A stretch of 64,000 nucleotides of DNA from Roseibacillus sp. (GTDB lineage Bacteria > Verrucomicrobiota > Verrucomicrobiia > Verrucomicrobiales > Akkermansiaceae), in assembly GCA_051251855.1 (NCBI GenBank), contig JBPOGI010000005.1, forward strand, positions 192,001 through 256,000, in the 5' to 3' direction. Positions within the stretch are counted from its first letter, which is position 1. The number at the start of each line of letters is the position of its first letter. Under the pieces are notes generated by a model. That model was given only the letters and a program-made list of their open reading frames with translations, had not been told where the DNA came from and searched no databases. Made by a program: the position numbers and the translations under genes. Shown one piece after another: positions 54,862-64,000 of this stretch.

Positions 54862-56223
54862 CTACATGAGACCGTGCCGCTTGAGCTTGTTATAGACCGA
54901 CTTTTCGGTGATGCCAAGGCGGCGGGCTGTCTCGGCCTTGTTCCCATTACAAAGCCGGAGAGTCTGGGTGAGCGCTTCTTTTTCCAGTTGGGCGAGTGAG
55001 ATTCCGCCTAAGCCAGAGATGTTGAGGTCCGAATCTTCTTGGGACTGTCTTCTGACTTCGCGCGGGAGGTCTTTGGCTTCGATGCGGCCGTCGTCGCAGA
55101 AGGCTGCCGAGCGCTCGAGAATGTTCTCGAGTTGGCGCACGTTGCCTGGCCAGTCGTATTCGCGCAGAATTTGTAGAGCCTCGGCGGAGATGGTGAGTTT
55201 TTTCCGGTTTTGGCGCCCCGCGATTTTTCCGAGGAGAGCTTCGGTGAGATGGCTGATGCCATCGATGCGCTCGCGGAGAGGAGGGATTTCGATAGGGATG
55301 ACGCTGAGTCGGTAGTAGAGGTCCTCGCGAAACTCGCCATCGGCAATCTTTTGTTCGAAGTCGATATTGGTGGCGGCGATGATGCGGACATCGGCTTGTA
55401 AGATTTCTTCACCCCCAACGCGTTGAAATTCTCGGTCTTGCAGCACGTTGAGAAGCTTTGGCTGGAGGTCCATAGGGAGGTCTCCGATCTCGTCTAAGAA
55501 GAGAGTGCCGCCTTTGGCTGCCTCTATTTTTCCGATGCGTCGTTTCAGTGCTCCAGTGAAGGCGCCTTTCTCGTGACCAAAGAGTTCACTCTCTAACAAC
55601 TCTCGTGGCAGGGCTGGGCAGCTGACAGTAATGAAGGGTTTTTCGTGGCGAAGACTGTTGGAGTGGATTAAGCGAGCGAGCACTCCTTTACCGACTCCGC
55701 TTTCTCCAGTGAGGAGAACGGTGGAGTCGAGAGGAGCGATTTTCTCAGCCTGGCGAACCACTTCCTCCATCACTTGAGACTCAGCAACCATGGGGACTTG
55801 TGGGCCCAAGCCACCGATGGTTTCACGAAGACCCTCGTTTTCTCGCTCCGCACGACGCAAGCGCCGAGCATTGGCGAGAACGGCCATCAGTTCATCAGGG
55901 TCGAAAGGTTTGGTGAGGTAGTCGACGGCACCCAACTTCATGGCCCGGACGGCATCAGCCGCTTCGTCGGCGGCACTCAGCACCACGGCGGGGATGGAAG
56001 GGTAGTCTTTTGCCATGCGCTCCAGGCATCCAAAGCCATCGAGCTTGGGCATGTTCAGGTCGAGGAGGACGACTTCGGTCTCGTCATCGAGAAGCTTCAT
56101 CGCCTCCTCTCCGTCTTCAGCCTCCAAGACTTCGTATCCTTGTTTGTGGCCATGGATACCAATGATTCTCCGGATGACTTCGTCATCGTCGGCGACGATC
56201 AATTGGCTTTTCTTCTGACTCAT
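54862..56223 (-). CDS. sigma-54-dependent response regulator (NtrC family: REC-AAA+-HTH_8)
   Basis: LLDLNMP, GESGVGKG, ESELFGHEKGAFTGA, FLDEIG, WPGNVRQL and GNKAETARRLGI. Confidence 0.95.
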   Translation of the reverse strand: MSQKKSQLIVADDDEVIRRIIGIHGHKQGYEVLEAEDGEEAMKLLDDETEVVLLDLNMPKLDGFGCLERMAKDYPSIPAVVLSAADEAADAVRAMKLGAVDYLTKPFDPDELMAVLANARRLRRAERENEGLRETIGGLGPQVPMVAESQVMEEVVRQAEKIAPLDSTVLLTGESGVGKGVLARLIHSNSLRHEKPFITVSCPALPRELLESELFGHEKGAFTGALKRRIGKIEAAKGGTLFLDEIGDLPMDLQPKLLNVLQDREFQRVGGEEILQADVRIIAATNIDFEQKIADGEFREDLYYRLSVIPIEIPPLRERIDGISHLTEALLGKIAGRQNRKKLTISAEALQILREYDWPGNVRQLENILERSAAFCDDGRIEAKDLPREVRRQSQEDSDLNISGLGGISLAQLEKEALTQTLRLCNGNKAETARRLGITEKSVYNKLKRHGLM

Positions 56224-56366
56224 TGAAACTGTGGGGGTGAGCGCTAAAATAGATTGATATTCTGGATTGGTAAAGTTATTAAGAGGGCCATCTTACCCCC
56301 TTAACTGTTATCGAATCCTCTTCTTCCAAAATTGATACTGTCCAACTGAACGCAATATCCAATGGG

Positions 56367-56660
56367 ATGCCGGAAATGGTTTTGGAGATCTTGCAGGATT
56401 TTGGCTCCAGTTTCAGCGAGGAGTTAGCGAAACTGAGTGGCGATCCCTCAGCGGTAGAGGCATCCAATTGGCAAGACTTCTTTCATCGCGCTAAAGGTTC
56501 AGGCGGAACCCTCGGACTCGTTGTCCTTCAAGAGTTGTGTGCGAAGTTGGAAGCGAACGCTAAAGAAGGTCAGCTTCCCAGTGAAGACTCTTTGAAAGAG
56601 TTTGGAACTCTGTTGAAGGACTCTTGTGATGAGGCCGAGGCGTTCTTGAGTCAGTCCTAG
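56367..56660 (+). CDS. stand-alone Hpt phosphotransfer protein
   Basis: FHRAKGSGGTLG...LCAKLE (HxxKG motif); divergent from the bEBP/H-NOX/kinase operon. Confidence 0.85.
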   Translation: MPEMVLEILQDFGSSFSEELAKLSGDPSAVEASNWQDFFHRAKGSGGTLGLVVLQELCAKLEANAKEGQLPSEDSLKEFGTLLKDSCDEAEAFLSQS

Positions 56661-59600
56661 TTCGCAAGCGACATTTGGATTTGGAAGAAGTTTTTGTTCA
56701 AGTTTGAGTCTGGACTTGAGACGCGCAGAGAGTGGCGATTGGATCCAAGGGAGGTAACGCCCCCGACTTGCACGGGACCACCGAAGGCGGTGATCGTGGT
56801 AGAAGAGAGAAGATCAAAGTCGACGGCGGAGATGAACTCGTCGGGGAAGGCGAACTCGATATCGTAGGCATTGAAGGCTGGAAGCCAGATGATGCAGATA
56901 TCGGTGGGGGAGGCAGTGACGACTGGCGTGCTGAGGTCTCCGTCCCGAGGGTCAGCCCCTTCTAGATGATACTGAAAGTAGCTATGCCCAGTGATGGGAT
57001 GGGGGTCGAAGGGGCCTACGACATCAAGGTCGCCGAAGAAGAATTTTTCCCAATCATCGTCGAGAAGGTTGGCGTTGGAGTCGGTATCGGTGGCGATAGG
57101 GGTGAAGACGAGGTTGAGAGAAATCGCTTCCATGGTGTCGAAGGCTCCCACGGTGGTCACGTCGGTGTAACCGGTGACACTGAAGACGGTTCCAATGTTG
57201 AGTCCAAGGCCTTGCTCGAGAGGGACTCTGTCCCCGAAGCTATTGACGAAGTAGGCGAGGTTGCTATTCGCGGAGCGACGGTAATCATAGTTATGAAGTG
57301 GAGTGGTGGCAGGCTCGATAGTGACGGTCCATGTTTCGACGGGGCGTTTGAGGCTGGGCACGTTTGCGAGAAGGGTGAGCATCTCGTTGCGGGCTCCGCT
57401 AACAAGAGAAAGAGAGATGTTACTGTAGGGGTTAGTTCGGGGGGCGGAGGTGCTGGCTAAGGGGTCGGTGATGGTTCCATCGCGGAGCGCGTAACGGAGC
57501 GCGTCGAGAGGAAGTGCCATCGCCGGAGTGCTGTCGGAAATAGCCACGTGTCGATCATAAATCGCTTCAGCGAGATTCGAGATCTGCGAGCTGGCTCGTG
57601 ATTGAGTGTCTAGATATTCGAGGATGGCTGGGAAGTCGCAACCGTCTGTGATCAAGGCACGTTTCATCTCGTCGCTGAGAGGTTCTTTTCCACTGTCGTA
57701 GTCGCGACCTCCAAAGAGGGTGAAGCCGCTGGCGTCAGTAGGAACTCCGAGGAGGAGTTGTTCCGCACTAGGAAGATTGGTGAGACCTTCATAGAGTGCT
57801 TGCTCAGCCAAGACGGCGATGGCGTTGTCGACAGGGTCGAGACGCGTCAGGTCAACCGGGGGTTCGTAGAGTAAGTAAGCTGTGCGGGCAGCGGCCACCC
57901 AATCGAGGGCGTCAGCATCTCGATCGGTTCCACTTGCGACGACTGCGACGTTAGGAACTGCGAGGTTGGGCCGAGGCGCTACGCGCAGGGTTTCACGTCC
58001 GCCACGAACGGTTCCAGAGGGGCTTAGATCGTATTGAATGGGCGAAGAGAGAATAACCCATTCGCTGAGAGGCACTGGGTTTGAGATGTCGAGACGAGCT
58101 TCACCAAGGATCGCGGGAGTTCCGGAAGTGACTGGAGTGACTTCGCCTGTTGCCAAGAAGTTGGAGATCATACTGTAGGCGCGGATTTTTTCCCCGGGGG
58201 TGTCGTCTTCACGTTCGCTGGCGGAAAGGTTGGCATTGGTGGGATCGGTGACAGGGGTGCCTCCGTTGTCGTAGGCGTTTGCTTCGTCTCCGGAGGTGTC
58301 GAAGGCCTGCGCATAGAGAAAAAATCCTTCTCCCAAGTAGGGTGGATTACGGTCAGCTTCGGCGAGATATTCGCCGGAGTTATTGGGGTCGGTACTTGTT
58401 CCGCCTGTTCCGAGAATTTCCTCCAAATCGGATTGGAAGTCGCCGTCGCTGTCGGTTCCGCCTGCGGGATCGAGACCGTAGTAGCGCTCTACATAGTCAG
58501 GGACTCCATCTCCATCGCTGTCCAAGGTTGTGGGATCGTTACTGAAGTTGTAGCTACGGCGCACGATGGGTCCGTTGACTCCTTTCATTCGGTCATGGGC
58601 ATAGAACAGCCAATCGGAAGGGTAGCCAATGGTGAGAGGGCCTTGGTAGGTTTGCCAATTGGCTCCGGGAACGTCTTCGCGATAGCGGATGTCGACGACG
58701 GAGTCATCAGCAAGGACGTTGACTAAGACGCTGTCGGCGTAGGTACCGCTCGCAGGTGAGACCGTGATTGGGATACTGGAGAGGGTAATGCTATCCTCGA
58801 GAACCGAGACTGAGGCATTGGCTTGATACTGATTCGACATCACAAAAGTCGCGCCGGTGGGAGCGGCGGGAGACGCTGAGGAAGGATTGTTGAGGCCTTG
58901 ATCGCCGTCGCCGTCATTGGGATTGAGGTCGCGAAGCTCTGTGGTGATCGCTTGAGGAGTAAAGCCGGTGCCCGTGGTCCAATCGGGAACAGTCTCCACT
59001 CGGAGAAGCTGAGCGCTGGGTTGGACCAGAGCTTGAGCATCGAACCAGAAGAGAGTTGCGAAGCGATTGGTGGTATCGATCCAAGGGGAGAGGCTCCCGC
59101 TGGCGACTTGATTGAACCCACCCCCAGAATCTCGGTAAAGGGCCCAGTCGCTCGTGCTGCGGTCGCCGGGAGTTCCTAACAAAGTGAGGAAGCCACGGCC
59201 GGGGACGGGCACCAAACCTGCATAGGCGGTTCCCGCGCTGGCAAAAAAGGTCTCCTGCACATTAAAACTGCTCCCGCTATCGACGGTCGCCCAGACCGCA
59301 ACCGTGCCATCTTGAGAGGTAATAAGCACGCCGTGGGGGGCATTAGGGATGTCTCCGTCGCCCACGGTGATCATGGTTCCTAGCGGAAAGCCGAGTGCGG
59401 GGGCGGTAGCGATACCTTCCGTAAAGCCGAGGAACCCGTGGGTGAAAATTTCACACTTGGCATCACCGGGAACCCAGCTGATAGAGCAGAGCCGACCATC
59501 GTCTCCGTAGACTTCGGTGGCAAGTTGTGAGTTTTCATCGACAGGGTCCTTGGTGGCGAGTGCGATGTTGCCACTGCTGGCATTGCGAACGACTTGGAGC

Positions 59601-60196
59601 CGAGAAGGGCTGAAGCTCTTGTTGATGAGCAAGCCGCGGCGTTCGTCTGTTCCGGGGACACGGAAAGGCTGGAGCGATCCGTTCCCTCGGAGGGAGAGAG
59701 TTTGGTCCGTGGTGGATGGGCCAACGCCAGCGGCGAGAGGCTCTTCGTTGAGTTCGAGGCTTTCCCCTCCTATTCCGTAGAGGGCATGGCTGAGAGTGTA
59801 AGGATTATCACCGAGCTCAAAGAGAGGGACGGTTGCTTGTGGTCCCGCAAAAGTGGTCGAACGCGATGAGGGGCTTGCGCTGCCATCGACGGGGAGGTAG
59901 CGCAATTGGTTCTGATCGACAGAAGATAGAATGAGGTGCTCGATGCCTCCGTCAAAGTATCCCGAGGTTAAGCCAGTGACCTTCGGGAGGTAAGTTTCGG
60001 TAGGTCCGTCTTCTTGTAAGACGTTACTGGTTGTAAAGGTCATGATTCGGACCTGACCAGTTTCGGTATCGGTGAGCGCATAGCCCGCCCTTGATTCAAG
60101 TGGACTCAGCCATTCCTCAGGAAGTTCGACAGAAGGCGCTGCATGAAGAGAGGGCCCGGCAAGGGCAATGAGGAAGAGCGAGAGCTTGGTTTTCAT
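56657..60196 (-). CDS. large secreted hypothetical protein (1179 aa) with DxDxDG motifs and C-terminal sorting-like domain
   Basis: Signal peptide MKTKLSLFLIALAGPSLHA; VSPASGTY..IRY (CHB_HEX/FN3-associated-like); DSDGDGVPDYVE; DTDSNANLLDDDWEKFFFG; ends NKNFFQIQMSLAN. Confidence 0.75.
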   Translation of the reverse strand: MKTKLSLFLIALAGPSLHAAPSVELPEEWLSPLESRAGYALTDTETGQVRIMTFTTSNVLQEDGPTETYLPKVTGLTSGYFDGGIEHLILSSVDQNQLRYLPVDGSASPSSRSTTFAGPQATVPLFELGDNPYTLSHALYGIGGESLELNEEPLAAGVGPSTTDQTLSLRGNGSLQPFRVPGTDERRGLLINKSFSPSRLQVVRNASSGNIALATKDPVDENSQLATEVYGDDGRLCSISWVPGDAKCEIFTHGFLGFTEGIATAPALGFPLGTMITVGDGDIPNAPHGVLITSQDGTVAVWATVDSGSSFNVQETFFASAGTAYAGLVPVPGRGFLTLLGTPGDRSTSDWALYRDSGGGFNQVASGSLSPWIDTTNRFATLFWFDAQALVQPSAQLLRVETVPDWTTGTGFTPQAITTELRDLNPNDGDGDQGLNNPSSASPAAPTGATFVMSNQYQANASVSVLEDSITLSSIPITVSPASGTYADSVLVNVLADDSVVDIRYREDVPGANWQTYQGPLTIGYPSDWLFYAHDRMKGVNGPIVRRSYNFSNDPTTLDSDGDGVPDYVERYYGLDPAGGTDSDGDFQSDLEEILGTGGTSTDPNNSGEYLAEADRNPPYLGEGFFLYAQAFDTSGDEANAYDNGGTPVTDPTNANLSASEREDDTPGEKIRAYSMISNFLATGEVTPVTSGTPAILGEARLDISNPVPLSEWVILSSPIQYDLSPSGTVRGGRETLRVAPRPNLAVPNVAVVASGTDRDADALDWVAAARTAYLLYEPPVDLTRLDPVDNAIAVLAEQALYEGLTNLPSAEQLLLGVPTDASGFTLFGGRDYDSGKEPLSDEMKRALITDGCDFPAILEYLDTQSRASSQISNLAEAIYDRHVAISDSTPAMALPLDALRYALRDGTITDPLASTSAPRTNPYSNISLSLVSGARNEMLTLLANVPSLKRPVETWTVTIEPATTPLHNYDYRRSANSNLAYFVNSFGDRVPLEQGLGLNIGTVFSVTGYTDVTTVGAFDTMEAISLNLVFTPIATDTDSNANLLDDDWEKFFFGDLDVVGPFDPHPITGHSYFQYHLEGADPRDGDLSTPVVTASPTDICIIWLPAFNAYDIEFAFPDEFISAVDFDLLSSTTITAFGGPVQVGGVTSLGSNRHSLRVSSPDSNLNKNFFQIQMSLAN

Positions 60197-60235
60197 CGGC
60201 TGAATGATGGTTAAGGTTGAAGGGCTGGAAAAAGA

Positions 60236-63200
60236 TTAGTTATGTTTGGCGACGTTGGTCGGAATCACGCGATCGATTTCTCCACGCTCATCGAAGGCGA
60301 CGAGAAGGTATTGATAGCTGGCCCCGCTGACGGCAGGGACGGTATCGCGCACCCAGATGGTGGAGTCTCGCTCCTGAGTTCGATCGAAGAGGGTTGCGCT
60401 AACGTCCAGATAAGGAGGGGAGGCGCTATTGGGAACGGGCAATCCTGTTCCGAAGGTGTTATTGTCGCGGGAAAAGATTCCGGCTACCGGGACGGTGAGC
60501 TGGTCGGAGGTGTTGTCATAGGGGTGAAAGACAAAGAAGGGGTCATTGGTTTGGAAGACGTCGAGGATTCCAAACTCGGTGTTGATTTTGGTGGTCTGAT
60601 AAGCCATCCGATCCATCAGAGGGGTCACTTGGACCAAGTTTGGTTGCGCAGAGGGGTAGCGCTCGGAGGGCACTTGATAACGGTAAACCACGAACGAGCT
60701 TAAGGGGCTAATTCCATCCATACCTGAAGAGATGCTGGTGTTCTGTCGGCGATAGCCAAAGAGCCAAGAGAAGGGCTCACGATTGCCGGGGAGAAAGGCA
60801 TCAAAGGCCTCATCCTTTTGCTGTGGAATTGCAGGAGCAGCACCCACGAGGATCAGGGTGGACGCTTTGAATTTGAGGATCTGTTCACCCTGCAGGGGGA
60901 GGGCAAAGTAGGGGCCTTCTCCCGAGACATATTTGCTCACTTTAACCCCCACGTTAGCTAGTCCAGGAAGGGGACGGGCAGGCCAAGGAATGACGCCTTG
61001 TGGACCCGAAGCGGGCTCGGTCCACATGTTGGAAACGATATTCGAGAAATCACCTGAAGTGGTGAGAAGTTCGCCAGTGTTGGGGTGAGGAATAGGGAAG
61101 CCAATGGGGCGAATGCAGTAGGAGAGTTTCTTGTCCGCTGGAACGGAGAGGACCACTGAAAATTCACCGGCACTACCAAACCCCGAGGCGATGGAGTCGG
61201 TGCGGTAGGATCGAAAGACCAGTTCTTCTTCCACTCCATCGGCATTTGTTACGGGGAGGACGAGGTTGTCATCACTAGCGATTTGTTCGGTGAGGTTGAG
61301 GGAGACCACTTCGGGGTCCTGCCCTCCTTCGGCTGCGACCCAAACCTCGAAGCGGTCGATACCGACGGGGTCACAGAACCAAGAAAGCTGTACTACGGCA
61401 TTGCCTCCACTGGGTGCGAGATTTACAGGGTCGGTCATCATTGCCACGCCGAGGTCTTCGTTTTGAGTGGTTACGCAGCCAATGCGTACCATGGGGGAGG
61501 AGTTGCCGTTCTCATCAAAGGTCTGTGCGTAGTAACAGCCTTCGGAACCGTTGTTGAGGACGGGGGCGCTCTCTTTCCAATTGTAGACGGCAGGGAGGGC
61601 GCTTTTGCCTGATTGGCGCGAGATAAGGAGGAAGGGGCCATCAGAGCCTACGCGACGATAGACTCTCACTTCGCGGCAGTCGCCTTTGAGGTAGACTTGG
61701 CCGCAGACTCCGACAATCTCGTCGTTGGTTCGAACGGGAGTGAAGATGGGAGGGGCGGAACCGGGAAAGGTCTCGATCCAAGAAGGGCACCGAGGGTCCC
61801 CTGACTCCGGAGGGAGGAGGGCGAGAACCTTGGGATCGATCTGACCTTCGGGAGTTCGGAGGACATTGGTTGAGATGAGCACGGGACAACAGAGCTCGAC
61901 CCAAGCACGAAATCCGTAGCGGACAATTTCGTCTGGTCCATCGGCTTTGTCGAATGCTGGGATCTCGCGCCAGTCGCTGACTGAGCCATCACCGAGCCGA
62001 CACCTGACTCGAATGGTCGTGCCATCAGGAATGTTAGACGGAACAATAACATCGCGAAATTCTTCCAAGCTTTTGAAGAGGACCGTGCGGGCGTAAGTAC
62101 GTTCGAAGGTGGTGCCTTGTTGTCCTTGGGCGTAGACCCCGACTTCGAGGTCGAAAGATTTGATTTTCTGAAAGACGGTTCTCTTGTCGGATTGGTCTTC
62201 GTAGCGAATGACGCGAACGACAAATCTCTTGAGGTCATCGGCTAAGTCGTAGTCTTTCCGGGGTATCGAAAGCCCTTCGTCCGTGAGGTTCATGCGGGGA
62301 ATGCAGAAGCAAGTTTGGAGAGAACCTTCGGGATTGGGTGGACCGACTCGGTCACGGGGAACGCCAAATTTGGGGCCGGAGTGACCGGAGAGGTTAGCGG
62401 GGGTACAGGCCGAGGTGTCGACCGCACGGACAGTGTACCAAAAGGTCTTTCCCATCGCAAAATCGCTTTCGGAAGTGACCACTGGAGAGCCGGTATCGGG
62501 TCCGTTAGATCCGGGGTCGCCACCGCTAGGAGCGACGTAGTCCGTATCGAGGTCGCTCGCGTCGTCGTCCTCGAAGGTGACGTATTTTTCACCCGAGATG
62601 TGGGCGACTGAACCAATAAGGTTGAAGGTGGGGTCGCCGCCGTAGGTTTGCCAGTCGGTGGCGGAGTGCCAGCGGTAGACTTGGTATTGGCTTGCTGAGT
62701 TTGCGGGATCGGTATTAGGAAGCTGGCGAATGGTGAGCTTGAGGTTCTGCTGCCCGGTTTCTGCAGCAGGGTCTGATCCTGCGAGGTCAAAGGCATTGTC
62801 GACAGTGACAATGACGGGGGCAGAGCAAGGAAGTCGGTCGCAGATGGTGATCTCGGTGGGAGGGGAGAGTGGGCCGGGATGACCCGCGATATCGCGAGGT
62901 GCGACGTAGTAGAAGAAGGTGTCGCCATCGAAGAATTCGATGTCGGGAGCCTCTACTGGGATTTGGGGGTCGTTGAGGCGCACGAAGACATCGCCATCAT
63001 CACCGTAGAAAAAGGTTTCGGGCAGGTAGTTGATATTCGCTGCTTGGGTGGGCGTCATGAGAGCTCCGGCAGGAATGGGCAAGGTGTTGACGCGAACACC
63101 ATCGGCGGTAGCGACATCGGTCTCTGAGGTGAGGAGGAAAGGATCGATCACGTTCGCTTTGGGAACTCGGTAGAGATTGAAGCCGTAGGTGTGGGGGAGT

Positions 63201-64000
63201 AAAGTGCGCAGGCCGTTGGGGGTGGACCAACGAAGGCGGGCATTGAGGTGGTCTTTGGCGGAGGCGGAGACTTGCTGGAGCTCGGCTTCAAATTGATGAG
63301 GAAGGAATTCGGGCTTCCCAGAAGGGAGAAGCATTTGAGGGTTGTTGGTATCGAGAGTGACGCGGCCGATGACGCGAAGGTCATTATCAGAGCCGTCGAC
63401 TTCGCGCACCTCATAGGTCGTTACTGATGGATCCAGCGCCTTGATTGAGAATCCGAGACCGATAGCCATCTGGACGCCGGGGTGAGCCCGACCCAACGAG
63501 ATGAGTGATTGTAAGATTTCTGCGTCAGTCTCGGCGATGGTCATAATTTGTGCGAGCTTTTGGGCCACACCCAAGTCAATGCCACCAGGGAATTCGGGTG
63601 AGCCGAGCGCTGGCATAGCGGCAGGATCGCCTTGGGCCTCGGCATTGAGAGCTACGATTCTTGTGGGTAAAAAGCGGGCGTCCTTGTCGAACTTTTCGCC
63701 CAACTTCAAGAGAGCTTGAATGGCCGAGGGAGAGGTTTGTAAGGTTTGGACCCCGAGGAGATTGTAGGGGGTGGGTGAAGTGGAGTCCCCCGCCTTGGCA
63801 TAGATGCCAAAGCGCTTTCCAAAGGTTGTCTTGGCATCGCCTGGTTGCCAGAGGATGTAATCGTGCAAAGTCGTGCCGCTGTTGGTCTCGAAGGTCTTGC
63901 CCACGGTGTAGACAAGAGGGTCGGCGTTCTGAGCGGGAGAGAGCGCGGTCATCAGCAAGGTGGCAAAAGCCAACAAGGCGGTGAACGGGTGGTGGGAGTT
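60236..64000 (-). CDS. large secreted hypothetical protein with several FN3-like beta-sandwich modules (start lies at or beyond the window edge)
   Basis: Frame is open to 64000 (NSHHPFTALLAFATLL...). Recurrent FN3-like strands FNLYR/YYVAPRD, YQVYR/WYTVRAVD, VRVYR/YYAQTFDENGN, FVVYR/YQYLLVAFD. Confidence 0.72.
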   Translation of the reverse strand, partial: NSHHPFTALLAFATLLMTALSPAQNADPLVYTVGKTFETNSGTTLHDYILWQPGDAKTTFGKRFGIYAKAGDSTSPTPYNLLGVQTLQTSPSAIQALLKLGEKFDKDARFLPTRIVALNAEAQGDPAAMPALGSPEFPGGIDLGVAQKLAQIMTIAETDAEILQSLISLGRAHPGVQMAIGLGFSIKALDPSVTTYEVREVDGSDNDLRVIGRVTLDTNNPQMLLPSGKPEFLPHQFEAELQQVSASAKDHLNARLRWSTPNGLRTLLPHTYGFNLYRVPKANVIDPFLLTSETDVATADGVRVNTLPIPAGALMTPTQAANINYLPETFFYGDDGDVFVRLNDPQIPVEAPDIEFFDGDTFFYYVAPRDIAGHPGPLSPPTEITICDRLPCSAPVIVTVDNAFDLAGSDPAAETGQQNLKLTIRQLPNTDPANSASQYQVYRWHSATDWQTYGGDPTFNLIGSVAHISGEKYVTFEDDDASDLDTDYVAPSGGDPGSNGPDTGSPVVTSESDFAMGKTFWYTVRAVDTSACTPANLSGHSGPKFGVPRDRVGPPNPEGSLQTCFCIPRMNLTDEGLSIPRKDYDLADDLKRFVVRVIRYEDQSDKRTVFQKIKSFDLEVGVYAQGQQGTTFERTYARTVLFKSLEEFRDVIVPSNIPDGTTIRVRCRLGDGSVSDWREIPAFDKADGPDEIVRYGFRAWVELCCPVLISTNVLRTPEGQIDPKVLALLPPESGDPRCPSWIETFPGSAPPIFTPVRTNDEIVGVCGQVYLKGDCREVRVYRRVGSDGPFLLISRQSGKSALPAVYNWKESAPVLNNGSEGCYYAQTFDENGNSSPMVRIGCVTTQNEDLGVAMMTDPVNLAPSGGNAVVQLSWFCDPVGIDRFEVWVAAEGGQDPEVVSLNLTEQIASDDNLVLPVTNADGVEEELVFRSYRTDSIASGFGSAGEFSVVLSVPADKKLSYCIRPIGFPIPHPNTGELLTTSGDFSNIVSNMWTEPASGPQGVIPWPARPLPGLANVGVKVSKYVSGEGPYFALPLQGEQILKFKASTLILVGAAPAIPQQKDEAFDAFLPGNREPFSWLFGYRRQNTSISSGMDGISPLSSFVVYRYQVPSERYPSAQPNLVQVTPLMDRMAYQTTKINTEFGILDVFQTNDPFFVFHPYDNTSDQLTVPVAGIFSRDNNTFGTGLPVPNSASPPYLDVSATLFDRTQERDSTIWVRDTVPAVSGASYQYLLVAFDERGEIDRVIPTNVAKHN

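Overview
Chromosomal window of a moderately GC-rich bacterium. Gene content suggests Verrucomicrobiota (inference from the sulfatases, the TPR/ExbB/ExbD/ExbD module and the C-terminal 'FYRV' domains). No rRNA, tRNA, CRISPR array, transposase or integrase was recognised. From left to right: (1) an ion/stress block with mrpD-mrpC-mrpAB and usp, a CNNM/DUF21 protein, an aeRF1/Balon-like factor and a wHTH regulator with shared operator-like repeats; (2) a sugar-acid catabolic operon (MFS, Gfo/Idh/MocA, DUF1537 kinase, cyclase-family hydrolase, beta-decarboxylating dehydrogenase), a VOC protein and a sulfatase; (3) ptsI; (4) a TonB-less ExbB-ExbD-ExbD-TPR operon; (5) feoAB plus a small Cys-rich protein, with a Fur-like box, followed by a candidate sRNA; (6) a HisKA_3/LuxR two-component pair, an SGNH-sulfatase fusion, rex and a C39-like peptidase; (7) the most notable part, about 35.6-56.7 kb: a complete H-NOX -> hybrid kinase -> Hpt -> sigma-54 activator phosphorelay. 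It lies beside two consensus sigma-54 promoters with shared enhancer-like motifs. One promoter drives a giant Ca-binding repeat adhesin plus an FG-GAP protein. The other drives a GT2/MFP/membrane protein/GT-C operon that has a divergent TolC but no ABC or RND pump. (8) Two very large uncharacterised secreted proteins end the window. All family assignments come from motif recognition by eye; no database search was run.
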